Below are positions 6,923 through 17,572 of a stretch of DNA of 20,000 bases, in pieces. The stretch's first letter is position 1, and each line of letters starts with the position of its first letter. Origin of the DNA: Angustibacter luteus (GTDB lineage: Bacteria > Actinomycetota > Actinomycetes > Actinomycetales > Angustibacteraceae); contig NZ_BAABFP010000007.1 in the NCBI RefSeq assembly GCF_039541115.1, positions 606,584 to 626,583 of the forward strand, read 5' to 3'. The notes beneath the pieces are model-generated. The model searched no databases. It was not told the DNA's origin and was given only the letters and a program-made list of their open reading frames with translations. The translations under genes and the position numbers were made by a program.

Positions 6923-8080
6923 ATGAGTCGCAGCGTGGTCCTGCTCGGGTCGACCGGGTCCGTCGGCGAGCAGGCCGTCGACGTCATCACCCGCAACCCC
7001 GACCGCTTCACCGTCACCGCCCTGGCCGCGGCCGGGTCCGACGTCCGGCTGCTCGCGGAGCAGGCGGCCCGGCTGCAGGTCCAGCAGGTCGCGGTCGCCC
7101 GCGAGGACCGCGCGCCGGAGCTGCGCGCCGCCCTGGAGGCGGCCGGTGCCGGCGCCGAGGTGCTGGCCGGGCCGGACGCCGCCGAGCAGCTGGCCGCCCG
7201 CGGTGACGACCTGGTGCTGAACGCGATGACCGGCTCCATCGGGCTGCGTCCCACGTTGGCGGCGCTGGCCGCCGGCAGCACGCTCGCGCTGGCCAACAAG
7301 GAGTCGCTGATCGTCGGCGGCCCGCTGGTCAAGGCCGCCGCCGCTCCCGGCCAGATCGTGCCGGTGGACTCCGAGCACTCCGCGCTCGCGCAGTGCCTAC
7401 GCGGCGGTCGGGAGTCCGAGGTGGCCCGCCTGGTGCTGACGGCCAGCGGCGGGCCCTTCCGTGGCCGGCCGCGGCACGAGCTGGACGACGTCACCCCGGC
7501 CCAGGCGCTGGCCCACCCCACCTGGGACATGGGCCGGATGGTCACCACCAACTCGGCGACGCTGGTGAACAAGGGCCTGGAGGTCATCGAGGCGCACCTG
7601 CTCTTCGACCTTCCGTTCGAGCGCATCGCCGTCGTGGTGCACCCGCAGTCGATCGTGCACTCGATGGTCGAGTTCACCGACGGCTCGACGCTCGCCCAGT
7701 GCTCGCCGCCGGACATGCGGCTGCCCATCGCGCTCGGCCTGGGCTGGCCGGACCGGGTGCCCGGCGCGGCCGCGGCCTGCGACTGGAGCACCGCGAGCAC
7801 CTGGGAGTTCCTGCCGCTGGACGACGAGGCGTTCCCCGCCGTCGCCCTGGCCCGCCGGGTGGGGTCGGCGGGGTCGACGTACCCGGCGGTGTACAACGCG
7901 GCCAACGAGGAGTGCGTGGACGCCTTCCACGACGGCCGGATCCGGTTCACCGCGATCGTCGACACGGTGACGCAGGTGGTCGACGAGCACGAGCCGCCCG
8001 CCGGCCCCCTCACCCTGACGGACGTGCTCGAGGCCGAACGGTGGGCGCGGGCTCGAGCGCATGAGAAACTGGGAGTATGA
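6923..8080 (+). CDS. dxr: 1-deoxy-D-xylulose-5-phosphate reductoisomerase
   Basis: Motifs [46 protein letters not shown] and [10 protein letters not shown]. Confidence 0.97.
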   Translation: MSRSVVLLGSTGSVGEQAVDVITRNPDRFTVTALAAAGSDVRLLAEQAARLQVQQVAVAREDRAPELRAALEAAGAGAEVLAGPDAAEQLAARGDDLVLNAMTGSIGLRPTLAALAAGSTLALANKESLIVGGPLVKAAAAPGQIVPVDSEHSALAQCLRGGRESEVARLVLTASGGPFRGRPRHELDDVTPAQALAHPTWDMGRMVTTNSATLVNKGLEVIEAHLLFDLPFERIAVVVHPQSIVHSMVEFTDGSTLAQCSPPDMRLPIALGLGWPDRVPGAAAACDWSTASTWEFLPLDDEAFPAVALARRVGSAGSTYPAVYNAANEECVDAFHDGRIRFTAIVDTVTQVVDEHEPPAGPLTLTDVLEAERWARARAHEKLGV

Positions 8081-9495
8081 CCGTCCTGCTCTACGCCCTC
8101 GGCGTGCTGCTGTTCGCCGTGGGTCTCGCGGCGTCCATCGCGCTGCACGAGATCGGGCACCTCGTCCCCGCCAAGAAGTTCGGCGTCAAGGTCACCCAGT
8201 ACATGGTGGGCTTCGGCCCGACGGCCTGGTCGCGCCGGCGCGGTGAGACCGAGTACGGCGTCAAGTGGGTCCCGCTGGGCGGCTACATCCGGATGATCGG
8301 CATGTTCCCGCCGAAGCCCGGACAGGCGCCGGAGGAGGCGCTGCGCGCCACGTCCACCGGGCGGGTCGGGATGATGCTGGACCAGGCGGTGCAGTCCCGC
8401 GCCACCCGTCGTGGCACGGCGACCGGTGAGCGTCGGGTGGGCATGGCCGAGGCCGCCCGCCAGCAGTCGATGGACGAGATCCAGCCCGGCGACGAGGCCC
8501 GCGTCTTCTACAAGCTCCCCGTGCACCAGAAGATCATCGTGATGCTCGGCGGTCCCACGATGAACCTGCTGATCGGCACCGTCCTGCTGGCGGGCGTCTA
8601 CATGGCCTACGGCCTGCCGGTCGACAAGCCCGGAGCGCAGGTCGCCGCGGTCAACGAGTGCGTCGTCAGCGCGGACGCGGCCCAGACCCAGACCACCTGC
8701 GCCGCAACCGATCCGAAGACCCCCGCGTACGAGGCCGGGCTACGCCCCGGGGACACCATCGTGGCCGTCGCCGGCGAGGACGTGCAGAACAGCGCGGCCG
8801 TCGGGCGGCTGATCCGGCCGCGGGTCGGCCAGACCGTGCCCGTCGTCGTCGTCCGGGACGGCGAGCGACTGACGCTGCAGATCACCCCGATCGAGAACAC
8901 CGTCACCAAGGTGGACGGCGACGGCCAGCCGGTGCTCGGCGCCGACGGAAAGGCCGAGACCGTGCGCGCCGGCTTCCTCGGCGTGAGCACCCAGACCCCC
9001 TCGGTGGTCGAGCGGCAGTCGATCACGCAGGTCCCCGGCGAGGTCGGGTCGGCGCTGTCGGCCACCGCCGCCGTCGTGGTGCGGATCCCGCAGAAGATGG
9101 TCGGCGTGGTGCAGACCATGAGCTCGGGCGAGCGGGACCCCAACGGCCCGATCAGCGTCGTCGGCGTCGGCCGGATCGCCGGCGAGGTGGCCAGCGCGGA
9201 CGGCGCGTGGTCAGCCAAGCTCGCCACGATGCTCGGCGTCCTCGCCTCGCTGAACTTCGCGCTGTTCGTGTTCAACCTCATCCCGCTGCTGCCGCTGGAC
9301 GGCGGACACGTGGCGGGGGCGATCTGGGAGGGTCTGCGACGCACGTGGGCGCGGCTGCGGCACCGGCCGGACCCCGGCCCCGTGGACGTCGCGCGCCTGC
9401 TGCCCATCGCCTACGGCGTCGGGACCGTGCTGATCGTGATGTCCGTGATCCTGATCTACGCCGACATCGTCAATCCCATCAAGCTGCTCGGCTGA
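8077..9495 (+). CDS. rseP: M50 family site-2 zinc metalloprotease with PDZ domain (RseP/Rip1)
   Basis: HEIGH (HExxH) and [12 protein letters not shown] motifs, PDZ-like [15 protein letters not shown] overlap with dxr and canonical dxr-rip1-ispG position. Confidence 0.92.
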   Translation: MTVLLYALGVLLFAVGLAASIALHEIGHLVPAKKFGVKVTQYMVGFGPTAWSRRRGETEYGVKWVPLGGYIRMIGMFPPKPGQAPEEALRATSTGRVGMMLDQAVQSRATRRGTATGERRVGMAEAARQQSMDEIQPGDEARVFYKLPVHQKIIVMLGGPTMNLLIGTVLLAGVYMAYGLPVDKPGAQVAAVNECVVSADAAQTQTTCAATDPKTPAYEAGLRPGDTIVAVAGEDVQNSAAVGRLIRPRVGQTVPVVVVRDGERLTLQITPIENTVTKVDGDGQPVLGADGKAETVRAGFLGVSTQTPSVVERQSITQVPGEVGSALSATAAVVVRIPQKMVGVVQTMSSGERDPNGPISVVGVGRIAGEVASADGAWSAKLATMLGVLASLNFALFVFNLIPLLPLDGGHVAGAIWEGLRRTWARLRHRPDPGPVDVARLLPIAYGVGTVLIVMSVILIYADIVNPIKLLG

Positions 9496-9550
9496 CGCCG
9501 GTTTCGACGGCGCGTTCTGCGCTGCGGCGACGGCGGGCGATACTGGAGGC

Positions 9551-10693
9551 ATGAGCGTCTCCCTCGGTATGCCCGCGGCGCCGCCGCCCGTGCTGGCCCC
9601 CCGTCGTCCCACCCGCAAGATCAAGGTCGGCAAGGTCGACGTCGGCGGTGACGCGCCGGTCAGCGTGCAGTCGATGACGACCACGCTGACCTCCGACGTG
9701 AACTCGACGCTGCAGCAGATCGCCGAGCTGACCGCGGCCGGCTGCGACATCGTCCGGGTGGCCTGCCCGAGCCAGGACGATGCGGAGGCGCTGCCCGCCA
9801 TCGCGCGCAAGTCGCAGATCCCGGTGATCGCGGACATCCACTTCCAGCCCAAGTACGTGTTCGCGGCGATCGACGCCGGCTGCGCCGCCGTCCGGGTCAA
9901 CCCGGGCAACATCCGCAAGTTCGACGACCAGGTCGGGGCGATCGCGAAGGCGGCCAAGGACGCCGGCGTCTCGATCCGGATCGGCGTGAACGCCGGCTCC
10001 CTCGACCCGCGCCTGCTGGAGAAGTACGGCAAGGCGACGCCCGAGGCGCTCGTCGAGTCCGCCGTCTGGGAGGCCTCGTTGTTCGAGGAGCACGACTTCC
10101 ACGACTTCAAGATCTCGGTCAAGCACAACGACCCGGTGGTCATGGTGCGCGCGTACGAGCTGCTCTCCGAGCGCGGGGACTGGCCGCTGCACCTCGGGGT
10201 GACCGAGGCCGGCCCGGCGTTCCAGGGCACGATCAAGTCCGCCACCGCGTTCGGTGCGCTGCTCTCGCGCGGCATCGGGGACACGATCCGGGTCTCGCTG
10301 TCGGCCCCGCCGGTCGAGGAGGTCAAGGTCGGCATCCAGATCCTGCAGTCGCTGAACCTGCGGCCGCGCAAGCTCGAGATCGTCTCCTGCCCGTCGTGCG
10401 GGCGGGCTCAGGTCGACGTCTACAAGCTCGCGGAGGAGGTCACCGCCGGGCTCGAGGGCATGGAGGTGCCGCTGCGCGTCGCGGTGATGGGCTGCGTGGT
10501 GAACGGGCCGGGCGAGGCCCGCGAGGCCGACCTGGGGGTGGCGTCCGGCAACGGCAAGGGGCAGATCTTCGTCCGCGGCGAAGTCGTCAAGACGGTCCCC
10601 GAGGCGATGATCGTGGAGACGCTGATCGAGGAGGCCATGCGCATCGCCGAGACGATGGAGGCCGAGGGCGAACCCACCGTCAGCGTCTCGTGA
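9551..10693 (+). CDS. ispG: (E)-4-hydroxy-3-methylbut-2-enyl-diphosphate synthase
   Basis: Motifs [43 protein letters not shown] and [10 protein letters not shown]. Confidence 0.97.
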   Translation: MSVSLGMPAAPPPVLAPRRPTRKIKVGKVDVGGDAPVSVQSMTTTLTSDVNSTLQQIAELTAAGCDIVRVACPSQDDAEALPAIARKSQIPVIADIHFQPKYVFAAIDAGCAAVRVNPGNIRKFDDQVGAIAKAAKDAGVSIRIGVNAGSLDPRLLEKYGKATPEALVESAVWEASLFEEHDFHDFKISVKHNDPVVMVRAYELLSERGDWPLHLGVTEAGPAFQGTIKSATAFGALLSRGIGDTIRVSLSAPPVEEVKVGIQILQSLNLRPRKLEIVSCPSCGRAQVDVYKLAEEVTAGLEGMEVPLRVAVMGCVVNGPGEAREADLGVASGNGKGQIFVRGEVVKTVPEAMIVETLIEEAMRIAETMEAEGEPTVSVS

Positions 10694-10741
10694 CTCGCTT
10701 GGTGGTCGACACGCGGCGGTCCGGCACGGCACGCTGAGCCC

Positions 10742-11590
10742 GTGCTGCGAACTGCCACCTCTCTGCGCACCCTCGGGCGCGCCGACCGCGACGACGTGCT
10801 GGCGCTGTGCGCCCAGGCACCCGTGGTCAACGTCATGGTCGCCGAGCGGGTGGAGCTGGTCGGCTCGGAGCCCGTCCGGCTGGGCGGTGAGCTGTGGGGC
10901 ATGTTCGAGCAGGGGGAGCTGACCAGCGCGTGCTGGTCCGGCGCGAACCTGATCCCCGTCGGTCCCTGCAGCGATGCGGCCCTGGACGCCTTCGCGAGCC
11001 GGGCCAAGCGGTCCGGCGTCCCGTACTCGTCGATGTTCGGCGAGGCCGAGCACGTCCTCGGACTGTGGTCCCGGTTGCAGGCCGCGGGCTGGCGCGCGCG
11101 GGACGTGCGCGCCTGTCAGCCGCTGTTCGCCACTGACCGGGTACCCGACGTCGCGCCGGACCCCCTGGTCGGCCGGGCCGGTCCGGACGACCTGCTGACC
11201 GTGCTCCCGGCGTCCGTCGCGATGTTCACCGAGGAGGTCGGCTACTCGCCGATGGCGGCGGACGGTGGACTGTCCTACCGCCGGCGGGTGGCGGAGCTGC
11301 TGCGTCAGGGGCGGATGTTCGTGCGCCGCGACGGCGACGGCGTGGTGTTCAAGGCGGACCTGGGGTCGGTCAGCTCCTCGGTCGCGCAGGTGCACGGGGT
11401 CTGGGTGGACCCCCGCTACCGCGGCCAGGGCATCGCCGCGCCGGCCATGGCGGCCGTGGTCGCCGCGGCGCTGCGCTCGGACGCCCGCACCGTCTCGCTC
11501 TACGTGAACGACTACAACCACCGCGCGCTCGCCGTGTACTCGAAGGTCGGCTTCACCCAGGTGGGCACCTTCGCGACGGTCCTCTTCTAG
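10742..11590 (+). CDS. GNAT family N-acetyltransferase (DUF4081-GNAT type)
   Basis: Acetyl-CoA motif VWVDPRYRGQGIA, plus SLYVNDYN..A..VY.KVGF and AMFTEEVG. Usual neighbour of ispG in actinobacteria. Confidence 0.85.
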   Translation: MLRTATSLRTLGRADRDDVLALCAQAPVVNVMVAERVELVGSEPVRLGGELWGMFEQGELTSACWSGANLIPVGPCSDAALDAFASRAKRSGVPYSSMFGEAEHVLGLWSRLQAAGWRARDVRACQPLFATDRVPDVAPDPLVGRAGPDDLLTVLPASVAMFTEEVGYSPMAADGGLSYRRRVAELLRQGRMFVRRDGDGVVFKADLGSVSSSVAQVHGVWVDPRYRGQGIAAPAMAAVVAAALRSDARTVSLYVNDYNHRALAVYSKVGFTQVGTFATVLF

Positions 11591-11601
11591 GTCTGACCGC
11601 A

Positions 11602-11689
11602 CACCCCAACCCCGCGGTGATCATGCACAGTCGCCCCGACACGTCGACGCGTCGGGGCGAACGTGCATGATCACCGCGGGGTTGGGGTG
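11602..11689. repeat. 88-bp near-perfect palindrome (REP-like element)
   Basis: 27-bp perfect arms (11602-11628 / 11663-11689), inner 10-bp arms (11631-11640 / 11651-11660) and a self-complementary CGTCGACG core. Confidence 0.9.
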
Positions 11690-11718
11690 GCCGAATGGGG
11701 AGTTGTGCCGGGGGCCGC

Positions 11719-11750
11719 TTGACGGAGGCGACTTAGGATGCTAGCAATAT
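11719..11750 (+). promoter_or_regulatory. Putative promoter/operator of the RHH-VOC-MFS operon
   Basis: TTGACG at 11719-11724. AT-rich TAGCAATAT overlaps the palindrome TGCTAGCA (11739-11746) just before GTG 11755. Confidence 0.5.
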
Positions 11751-11754
11751 AGCC

Positions 11755-11916
11755 GTGAGCGACGTCGAAGCCGTGCCGAAGGTGCAGTTCAACGTCTACC
11801 TGCCGCCTGGGCTGGTGCGCCGCATCAAGCACCTGGCGGTCGACGAGGGGGCGAGCCTGTCCGCACTCGTCGAGCGCGCGCTCACCGCGTACGCCGACGC
11901 CGAGGAGGCCTCGTGA
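11755..11916 (+). CDS. CopG/ribbon-helix-helix transcriptional regulator, 53 aa ([53 protein letters not shown])
   Basis: Beta-strand QFNVYLP followed by two helices ([23 protein letters not shown]). GTGA overlap with the next gene. Absent from the ORF track. Confidence 0.85.
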   Translation: MSDVEAVPKVQFNVYLPPGLVRRIKHLAVDEGASLSALVERALTAYADAEEAS

Positions 11917-12506
11917 ACGACGTGACCCTGCGTCCGGTGCGCTTCACGGACGACGTCGCCGGCACCCGCGCGTACTTCGAGCAGCAGGGGCTCGCCGCCC
12001 GGGTCGTCGCGGTCGGGGGCGGCTGGGTCGACCTGGTCGCCGGCGGCGGCGGGATGCTGGCGCTGCACGACGCGGCGTCCAGCTCGACCGAGCAACCCAG
12101 CGGACGCACGACCCTGTCCGCCGAGTGCCAGGACGCCGAGGCGTTGGCCGAGCGGTTGCGCGAGGCCGGGTTCGACGACGCCACCGTGTACGACGAGGGC
12201 TATGGCCGGGTGCTGGTGGTCACCGACCCCGACGGCGGTCTGGTCCAGGTCGACGAGCGCCAGGACGACCTCCACGGCTACCACCACCTCGACGTCTCCG
12301 GTGCCGATCCGGCCGTGTCCGTGCGGGTGGTCCTCGACTCGCCGGACGTGGCTCGCTACCGGGCCTTTCTCGAGGCGCTCGGGCTCGCGGCCGCGGTCGA
12401 GCTGCACGAGCAGGAACCGCAGGACGTGCGGGCGACCGCGCCGGACGGCCGCCCCCGCCGCCCGGCCGTCGTCCGGCTGCAGCTGTCGGCCCGTCCGCGC
12501 CCGTGA
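11913..12506 (+). CDS. VOC/glyoxalase-family protein
   Basis: Patterns [14 protein letters not shown] and [27 protein letters not shown] at 11902-11908. Confidence 0.75.
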   Translation: MNDVTLRPVRFTDDVAGTRAYFEQQGLAARVVAVGGGWVDLVAGGGGMLALHDAASSSTEQPSGRTTLSAECQDAEALAERLREAGFDDATVYDEGYGRVLVVTDPDGGLVQVDERQDDLHGYHHLDVSGADPAVSVRVVLDSPDVARYRAFLEALGLAAAVELHEQEPQDVRATAPDGRPRRPAVVRLQLSARPRP

Positions 12507-13771
12507 GCGACCCCACGGTCGCCGACTCGCTCGGCCGAATGCTGCGCGCGGACCGCGACTTCCGGCGCTACTTCGTCGCCCGCATCGTGTCCCTCGGCGG
12601 CGCGGTGGTCACGGTGGTGGCCCTGCCCGTGCTGGTCTACCGGCTGAGCGGCTCGGCCTTGCTGACCGCGTCCGTCACCGCACTGGAGGCGCTTCCCTAC
12701 CTGCTCTTCGGCCTGGTCGCCGGCGCACTGACCGACCGCTGGGACCGACAACGCGTCATGGTGTCCAGCGACCTGGTGAACGCCGTGCTCATCGGGTCGA
12801 TCCCGCTCGCGTGGTGGCTGGGCGCGCTGACCGTCTGGCACGTGCTCGTCGTGGCCTTCTGCGCGCAGGCGGTGTTCACGTTCTTCGACGGAGCGAACTT
12901 CGGCGCCCTTCCGGTGCTGGTCGGCCGCGAGCGGGTCGCGGTGGCCAGCGCCGGCGTCTGGGCCGTGGCGAGCGTGGTGGAGGTCGTGGCACCCCCCGCG
13001 GCGGCGACGGCGATCGGCGTGCTCGGCCCGGCGAACCTCCTCGTCGTGGACGCGCTCAGCTTCGTCGCGTCCGCACTCGCCGTGCGGGGCATCAGCCGCG
13101 CCCTGCACGACCGCGACCGGCATCGCGAGCCGGCGACCGTGCGGTCGGTGCTGGACGACGTCCGCGAGGGTCTGCGGTTCCTGCTCGCCCATGCGGGCGT
13201 GCGCACCATGACCCTGGTGGGCACGCTGCAGTCCGCGGCGGGCGGCGGGTTCGTGGCCCTCATGGTGGTGTGGGCGGACCGCACGCTGGGCATCGGGACC
13301 TCCGGGCTGCGGTTCGGCGTGCTCTTCGGCGTGTGGGGCATCGGCGGTGCCCTCGCCGCGGTCCTGCTGCCGCGGCTGCTGTCCTGGCTGGGACCCGAGT
13401 GGCTGTGCCTGTGGGCGCTACCCGCCTCGGCCGTGCTCGGCGTGCTCACCGCACTCGCACCCACCTGGCAGCTGGGCGCGCTCGGCCTGGGGTGCTGGGG
13501 CGTGGCGTACTCGCTGGTGGTGGTCAACTCGATCACCTACCGCCAGATGGTCACGCCGGAGCCGCTGCTCGGGCGGGTCAACACCACGGGCCGGATGCTG
13601 TCCTGGGGCCTGGGCTGGACCGGCGGCGCGCTGGTCGCCGGCCTGCTCGCGACCCACGCCGGCACTCGCGCGGCGCTGGTCGCGATGGCCTCCCTGAGCC
13701 TCGTTGCCGTCCTGGTGGCCTGGACGTCGCCACTGCGCCGGGCGTCCCGCCCGCGGCGGATATCCGTGTGA
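12503..13771 (+). CDS. MFS transporter (MFS_3/DHA3-like efflux)
   Basis: About 12 hydrophobic segments, MFS motif A ([13 protein letters not shown]) and [18 protein letters not shown] 12503 overlaps the VOC stop; ATG 12539 is an alternative start. Confidence 0.88.
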   Translation: MSDPTVADSLGRMLRADRDFRRYFVARIVSLGGAVVTVVALPVLVYRLSGSALLTASVTALEALPYLLFGLVAGALTDRWDRQRVMVSSDLVNAVLIGSIPLAWWLGALTVWHVLVVAFCAQAVFTFFDGANFGALPVLVGRERVAVASAGVWAVASVVEVVAPPAAATAIGVLGPANLLVVDALSFVASALAVRGISRALHDRDRHREPATVRSVLDDVREGLRFLLAHAGVRTMTLVGTLQSAAGGGFVALMVVWADRTLGIGTSGLRFGVLFGVWGIGGALAAVLLPRLLSWLGPEWLCLWALPASAVLGVLTALAPTWQLGALGLGCWGVAYSLVVVNSITYRQMVTPEPLLGRVNTTGRMLSWGLGWTGGALVAGLLATHAGTRAALVAMASLSLVAVLVAWTSPLRRASRPRRISV

Positions 13772-13827
13772 GGTCACCGGGGCCCGACGACTACGCTCGG
13801 GTGCCACCCCCGAACCAAGGAGACCCC

Positions 13828-15588
13828 GTGATCGCGCGCATGTCGACGTTGTTCCTTCGCACCCTGCGTGAGGACCCGTCGGACGCCGAGGTCCCCAGCC
13901 ACCGCCTGCTGGTCCGCGCCGGCTACATCCGTCGCGCGGCGCCGGGCATCTACACCTGGCTGCCGCTGGGCCTTCGGGTGCTGCGCAAGGTCGAGGCGAT
14001 CGTCCGGGAGGAGATGGACGCGGCCGGCTTCCAGGAGCTGCAGTTCCCGGCCCTGCTGCCGCGCGAGCCGTACGACGCGACCGGCCGCTGGACGGAGTAC
14101 GGCGACAACATCTTCCGCCTGAAGGACCGCAAGGGCGGCGACTACCTGCTCGGCCCGACGCACGAGGAGATGTTCACCCTCACGGTCAAGGACCTGTACT
14201 CGTCCTACAAGGACCTGCCGCTCTCGCTCTACCAGATCCAGAACAAGTACCGCGACGAGGCGCGTCCGCGCGCGGGCCTGCTGCGCGGGCGCGAGTTCAT
14301 CATGAAGGACTCGTACTCCTTCGACGTGGACGACGCCGGGCTGCAGCGCTCCTACGAAGCGCACCGGGCGGCGTACATCAAGATCTTCGACCGGCTCGGC
14401 ATGGACTACGTGATCGTCGCTGCCATGTCCGGCGCGATGGGCGGCAGCGCCAGCGAGGAGTTCTTGGCCAACGCGGTCAACGGCGAGGACACGTACGTGC
14501 GCTCGGCGGGGGGCTACGCCGCCAACGTCGAGGCGGTGGTCACCGTGCCGCCGCCCGCGGCGGACGCGACCGGCATCCGGGCCGCACACGTCGAGGACAC
14601 CCCGGACACCCCGACGATCGACTCGCTGGTGCAGGCCGCCCGCGGGCTCTTCCCGGACCGCGAGTGGTCGGCCGCGGACACGCTGAAGAACGTCGTCTTC
14701 ATGCTGACCCACCCGGACGGCAGCCGGGAGCCGCTCGTCGTCGGCCTGCCCGGCGACCGGGACGTGGACACCAAGCGCCTGGGCGCGCAGCTCGAGCCCG
14801 TCGAGGCCGAGGTGTTCACCGACGCCGACTTCGCGAAGTACCCGGCGCTGGTCAAGGGCTACATCGGCCCGCAGGCGCTGGGCGAGGCCAGCGAGAGCGG
14901 CATCCGGTACCTCGTCGACCCGCGCGTCGTCGACGGCACGGCCTGGGTGACCGGCGCCAACGTCGCGGGCCGGCACGTCTTCGACCTCGTGGCCGGCCGC
15001 GACTTCACGGCCGACGGGACGATCGAGGCCGCCGAGGTGCGGGCCGGCGACCTCGCACCGGACGGCTCGGGTCCGCTCGAGCTGGCCCGCGGCATCGAGA
15101 TCGGCCACATCTTCCAGCTCGGCCGCAAGTACGCCGAGGCGCTCGGGCTGAAGGTGCTGGACGAGAACGGCAAGCAGGTCACCGTGACCATGGGCTCCTA
15201 CGGCATCGGGGTGTCCCGCGCGGTCGCCTCGGTCGCGGAGAACAGCCACGACGACCTCGGTCTGGTGTGGCCGCGGGCGATCTCGCCGTACGACGTGCAC
15301 GTGCTCGCGACCGGCAAGGACGAGGCGATCTTCCAGCGGGCGCAGCAGCTGGCCGACGAGCTCTCGAGCCGGGGTCTGGACGTGCTCTACGACGACCGGC
15401 CGAAGGTCTCGCCCGGGGTGAAGTTCAAGGACTCCGAGCTGATCGGGGTGCCGACGATCCTGGTCGTGGGCAAGGGGCTGGCGGACGGCGTGGTCGAGCT
15501 CAAGGACCGCGCGAGCGGGCAGCGCGAGGACGTCCCGCTGGCCGACGCGGTCGAGCGGGTCGTGGCCGTGACCCGCGTGGCCGGCTGA
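13828..15588 (+). CDS. proS: Proline--tRNA ligase (bacterial type with INS editing domain)
   Basis: [21 protein letters not shown], motif 2 [28 protein letters not shown] and MGSYGIG. AAGGAG RBS at 13817-13822 and TACGCT -10-like element at 13792-13797. Confidence 0.97.
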   Translation: MIARMSTLFLRTLREDPSDAEVPSHRLLVRAGYIRRAAPGIYTWLPLGLRVLRKVEAIVREEMDAAGFQELQFPALLPREPYDATGRWTEYGDNIFRLKDRKGGDYLLGPTHEEMFTLTVKDLYSSYKDLPLSLYQIQNKYRDEARPRAGLLRGREFIMKDSYSFDVDDAGLQRSYEAHRAAYIKIFDRLGMDYVIVAAMSGAMGGSASEEFLANAVNGEDTYVRSAGGYAANVEAVVTVPPPAADATGIRAAHVEDTPDTPTIDSLVQAARGLFPDREWSAADTLKNVVFMLTHPDGSREPLVVGLPGDRDVDTKRLGAQLEPVEAEVFTDADFAKYPALVKGYIGPQALGEASESGIRYLVDPRVVDGTAWVTGANVAGRHVFDLVAGRDFTADGTIEAAEVRAGDLAPDGSGPLELARGIEIGHIFQLGRKYAEALGLKVLDENGKQVTVTMGSYGIGVSRAVASVAENSHDDLGLVWPRAISPYDVHVLATGKDEAIFQRAQQLADELSSRGLDVLYDDRPKVSPGVKFKDSELIGVPTILVVGKGLADGVVELKDRASGQREDVPLADAVERVVAVTRVAG

Positions 15589-15598
15589 CCCGCACCCG

Positions 15599-16396
15599 TT
15601 GAGCTGGCTCGGGCTGCCGGCGGACGTCGGCACGGGCGCCGTCGTCCTCATGCTGGTGGCCGCCCTGGTCGCCGGCTGGGTGGACGCCGTCGCCGGCGGT
15701 GGTGGGCTGGTGCAGCTGCCCGCGCTCCTCATCGGCCTGGGCCCCGGCAGTCCGGCGATCGCGTCGCTGGCGACCAACAAGCTCGCCTCGATCTGCGGGA
15801 CGGCGACCAGCTCGGTCACGTACTACCGGCGGGTGCATCCGGACCTGCGCACGGCGTTGCCGATGGCGGGCTTCGCCCTGGGCGGGGCGCTGCTCGGCGC
15901 CACCGTCGCGTCGCGCCTGCCCTCGGACTGGATCCGGCCCATCGTGATCGTCGCGCTGGTGGCTGTGCTGGCGTACACCATCCGGCACCCGAGCCTGGGG
16001 GCGGAGACGGTGCTGCGGCACTCGGGACGGCGGCACCACGTGACCACGGGCGGCATCGGCTTCGTCATCGGGGTGTACGACGGTGCGATCGGGCCGGGCA
16101 CCGGGTCGTTCTTGGTGTTCGCCCTGGTCGGCTGGGTCGGCTACGCCTTCCTGGAGGCCAGCGCGAAGGCGAAGATCACCAACTTCGCGACCAACCTCGG
16201 CGCGCTGATCGTGTTCGCCCCGCAGGGCGTGGTGCTCTGGCGGCTGGGCCTGCTGATGGGCCTGGCCAACCTGCTGGGCGGCTACGTCGGGGCGCGCACC
16301 GCCGTCGCCCGGGGCCACCGCTTCATCCGGGTCGTGTTCGTCGCCGTGTCGTCCGTGCTGATCGTGCGGCTCGGCTACGACGTCGTCCAGGGCTGA
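15599..16396 (+). CDS. TauE/SafE (TSUP) family membrane transporter
   Basis: Motifs AGWVDAVAGGGGLVQLP, ATNK, YDGAIGPGTGSFL and AKITNFATN. Start codon uncertain (TTG). Confidence 0.85.
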   Translation: MSWLGLPADVGTGAVVLMLVAALVAGWVDAVAGGGGLVQLPALLIGLGPGSPAIASLATNKLASICGTATSSVTYYRRVHPDLRTALPMAGFALGGALLGATVASRLPSDWIRPIVIVALVAVLAYTIRHPSLGAETVLRHSGRRHHVTTGGIGFVIGVYDGAIGPGTGSFLVFALVGWVGYAFLEASAKAKITNFATNLGALIVFAPQGVVLWRLGLLMGLANLLGGYVGARTAVARGHRFIRVVFVAVSSVLIVRLGYDVVQG

Positions 16397-16415
16397 CCGG
16401 CACGCCGACGACGGC

Positions 16416-16919
16416 TCAGCGCCCTGCGCGCTCGGGCATCCCCGGGAACGTCTGTGCGCGGGCGCCCCACGTGCGGGCGGCCACGGCGCTCTCGGCCAGC
16501 CAGCGGCTCGCCTCGACCCGGGCAGCGGCCGGAGACGCGGCGACGAGGTCGGCGTTCGCGTCGGCGACGGCGGTCTCGACGTGCACCGCGAGCTTGCGCG
16601 ACTGGGCCGGCGTGCCCACCGCGAACGGCAGCTGGTACGCCGGAGGCGCCGGCTTCGGGGTCTGCTGGGCGACGGATAGCCGCGCTGCCACCAGGTCGCG
16701 GCGGGCTGCGTGCCGCTGCAGCGCGGTCAGCGCCTCGTCCCGGTCCGCGGCAGCGCCCTGCGCGCCGACCACCCCGTAGGCGTACACGGCCGCCTGCTCG
16801 GCGGCCAGGACGGCGGCGAGCGCGGTCGCCTGCGCCGCTGGCATCGTCGTCGGGTCCGCACCGGGCGAGGTGGACGTCCCGGTGGCGGCGACGGCCGCGG
16901 TCGGCTGCGCGGCGCTCAT
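16416..16919 (-). CDS. Ferritin-like DUF4439 protein
   Basis: LAAEQAAVYAYGVV, H..RRD, Y.LPF and C-terminal W...FPG. Typical gene upstream of rimP in actinobacteria. Confidence 0.8.
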   Translation of the reverse strand: MSAAQPTAAVAATGTSTSPGADPTTMPAAQATALAAVLAAEQAAVYAYGVVGAQGAAADRDEALTALQRHAARRDLVAARLSVAQQTPKPAPPAYQLPFAVGTPAQSRKLAVHVETAVADANADLVAASPAAARVEASRWLAESAVAARTWGARAQTFPGMPERAGR

Positions 16920-17479
16920 GTGGTCGCCCCGCGGGCGAGGCGCTCCAGGACGTCGGCGTGCACGGTGCGGCAGGCGGCGACCGACGCGAGCAGGCGAGCG
17001 ACGTCCGGGCTGACCCGGCCCAGGTCAGCCTCGACGGCGGTGGCGCCCTGCCGTTCAGCGAGCGCCTGACGGCCCAGCGCCGTCCGCCTCGTCGCGCCGC
17101 CGCTGCTGACGCCTGGGGTGGATGCGGGGCTGGACGTCGCGGTGCTGGTGGCCCGGCCGCCGCCGGCGGCGGGCACGGGGCGCAGGGCCGCAGCGTGCTC
17201 GCGGTGCTGGGCGGCGATGAGCGTCAGCTGGCGGGCGTCGTCCGGCCGCAGCTTGGCCGTGGCCCCGGCGCTCGCGGCCAACGCGTCCGCCTGCGCGGCA
17301 ACCCGCTCCCGGGCGAGCTCGTCCGGGCTGGGCGCGGGCATCGTCGGGTCGGCGTCCGGTTGGCCCACCCGGAGCGCGCAGCCGCTCAGGGCCAGCAGCG
17401 CGGGGGCGGTCAGCCCGGTGCGGACGACCTGCCTCCGGGTCAGCTCGACGTCCCCCACGGGCCGCTGGTCAGCAGGCAC
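16916..17479 (-). CDS. Putative Tat-exported lipoprotein
   Basis: LTRRQVV twin-arginine motif, hydrophobic stretch and LSGC lipobox. Also H..H..AL and LLASVAAC..VH. ATGA-type overlap with the DUF4439 gene. Start is GTG 17479 or 17458. Confidence 0.7.
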   Translation of the reverse strand: MPADQRPVGDVELTRRQVVRTGLTAPALLALSGCALRVGQPDADPTMPAPSPDELARERVAAQADALAASAGATAKLRPDDARQLTLIAAQHREHAAALRPVPAAGGGRATSTATSSPASTPGVSSGGATRRTALGRQALAERQGATAVEADLGRVSPDVARLLASVAACRTVHADVLERLARGATT

Positions 17480-17572
17480 GTCACGAATCCTCGCACGTCC
17501 CGGTTGTGGGTAGGGTTGTGGTGCGGTGACGGGGTTCGCCGCACCAATCGAGAACAGCGGCGGGAGGCTCCA

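Noticed and set aside
8077..9495. RseP as the dedicated processor of the small peptide (Eep-like)
   Set aside because: It sits in the widely conserved dxr-rseP-ispG context, so proximity is not evidence of a link.
12125..13827. N-terminal extensions of the MFS (from 12125) and ProS (from 12202) ORFs; likewise 16454..18166 for RimP
   Set aside because: Arg/Pro/Gly-rich off-frame readings overlapping real genes. RBS- or overlap-supported starts exist at 12503, 13828 and 17573.
13772..13827. T-box riboswitch before proS
   Set aside because: The spacer is only 56 bp and has no T-box consensus.
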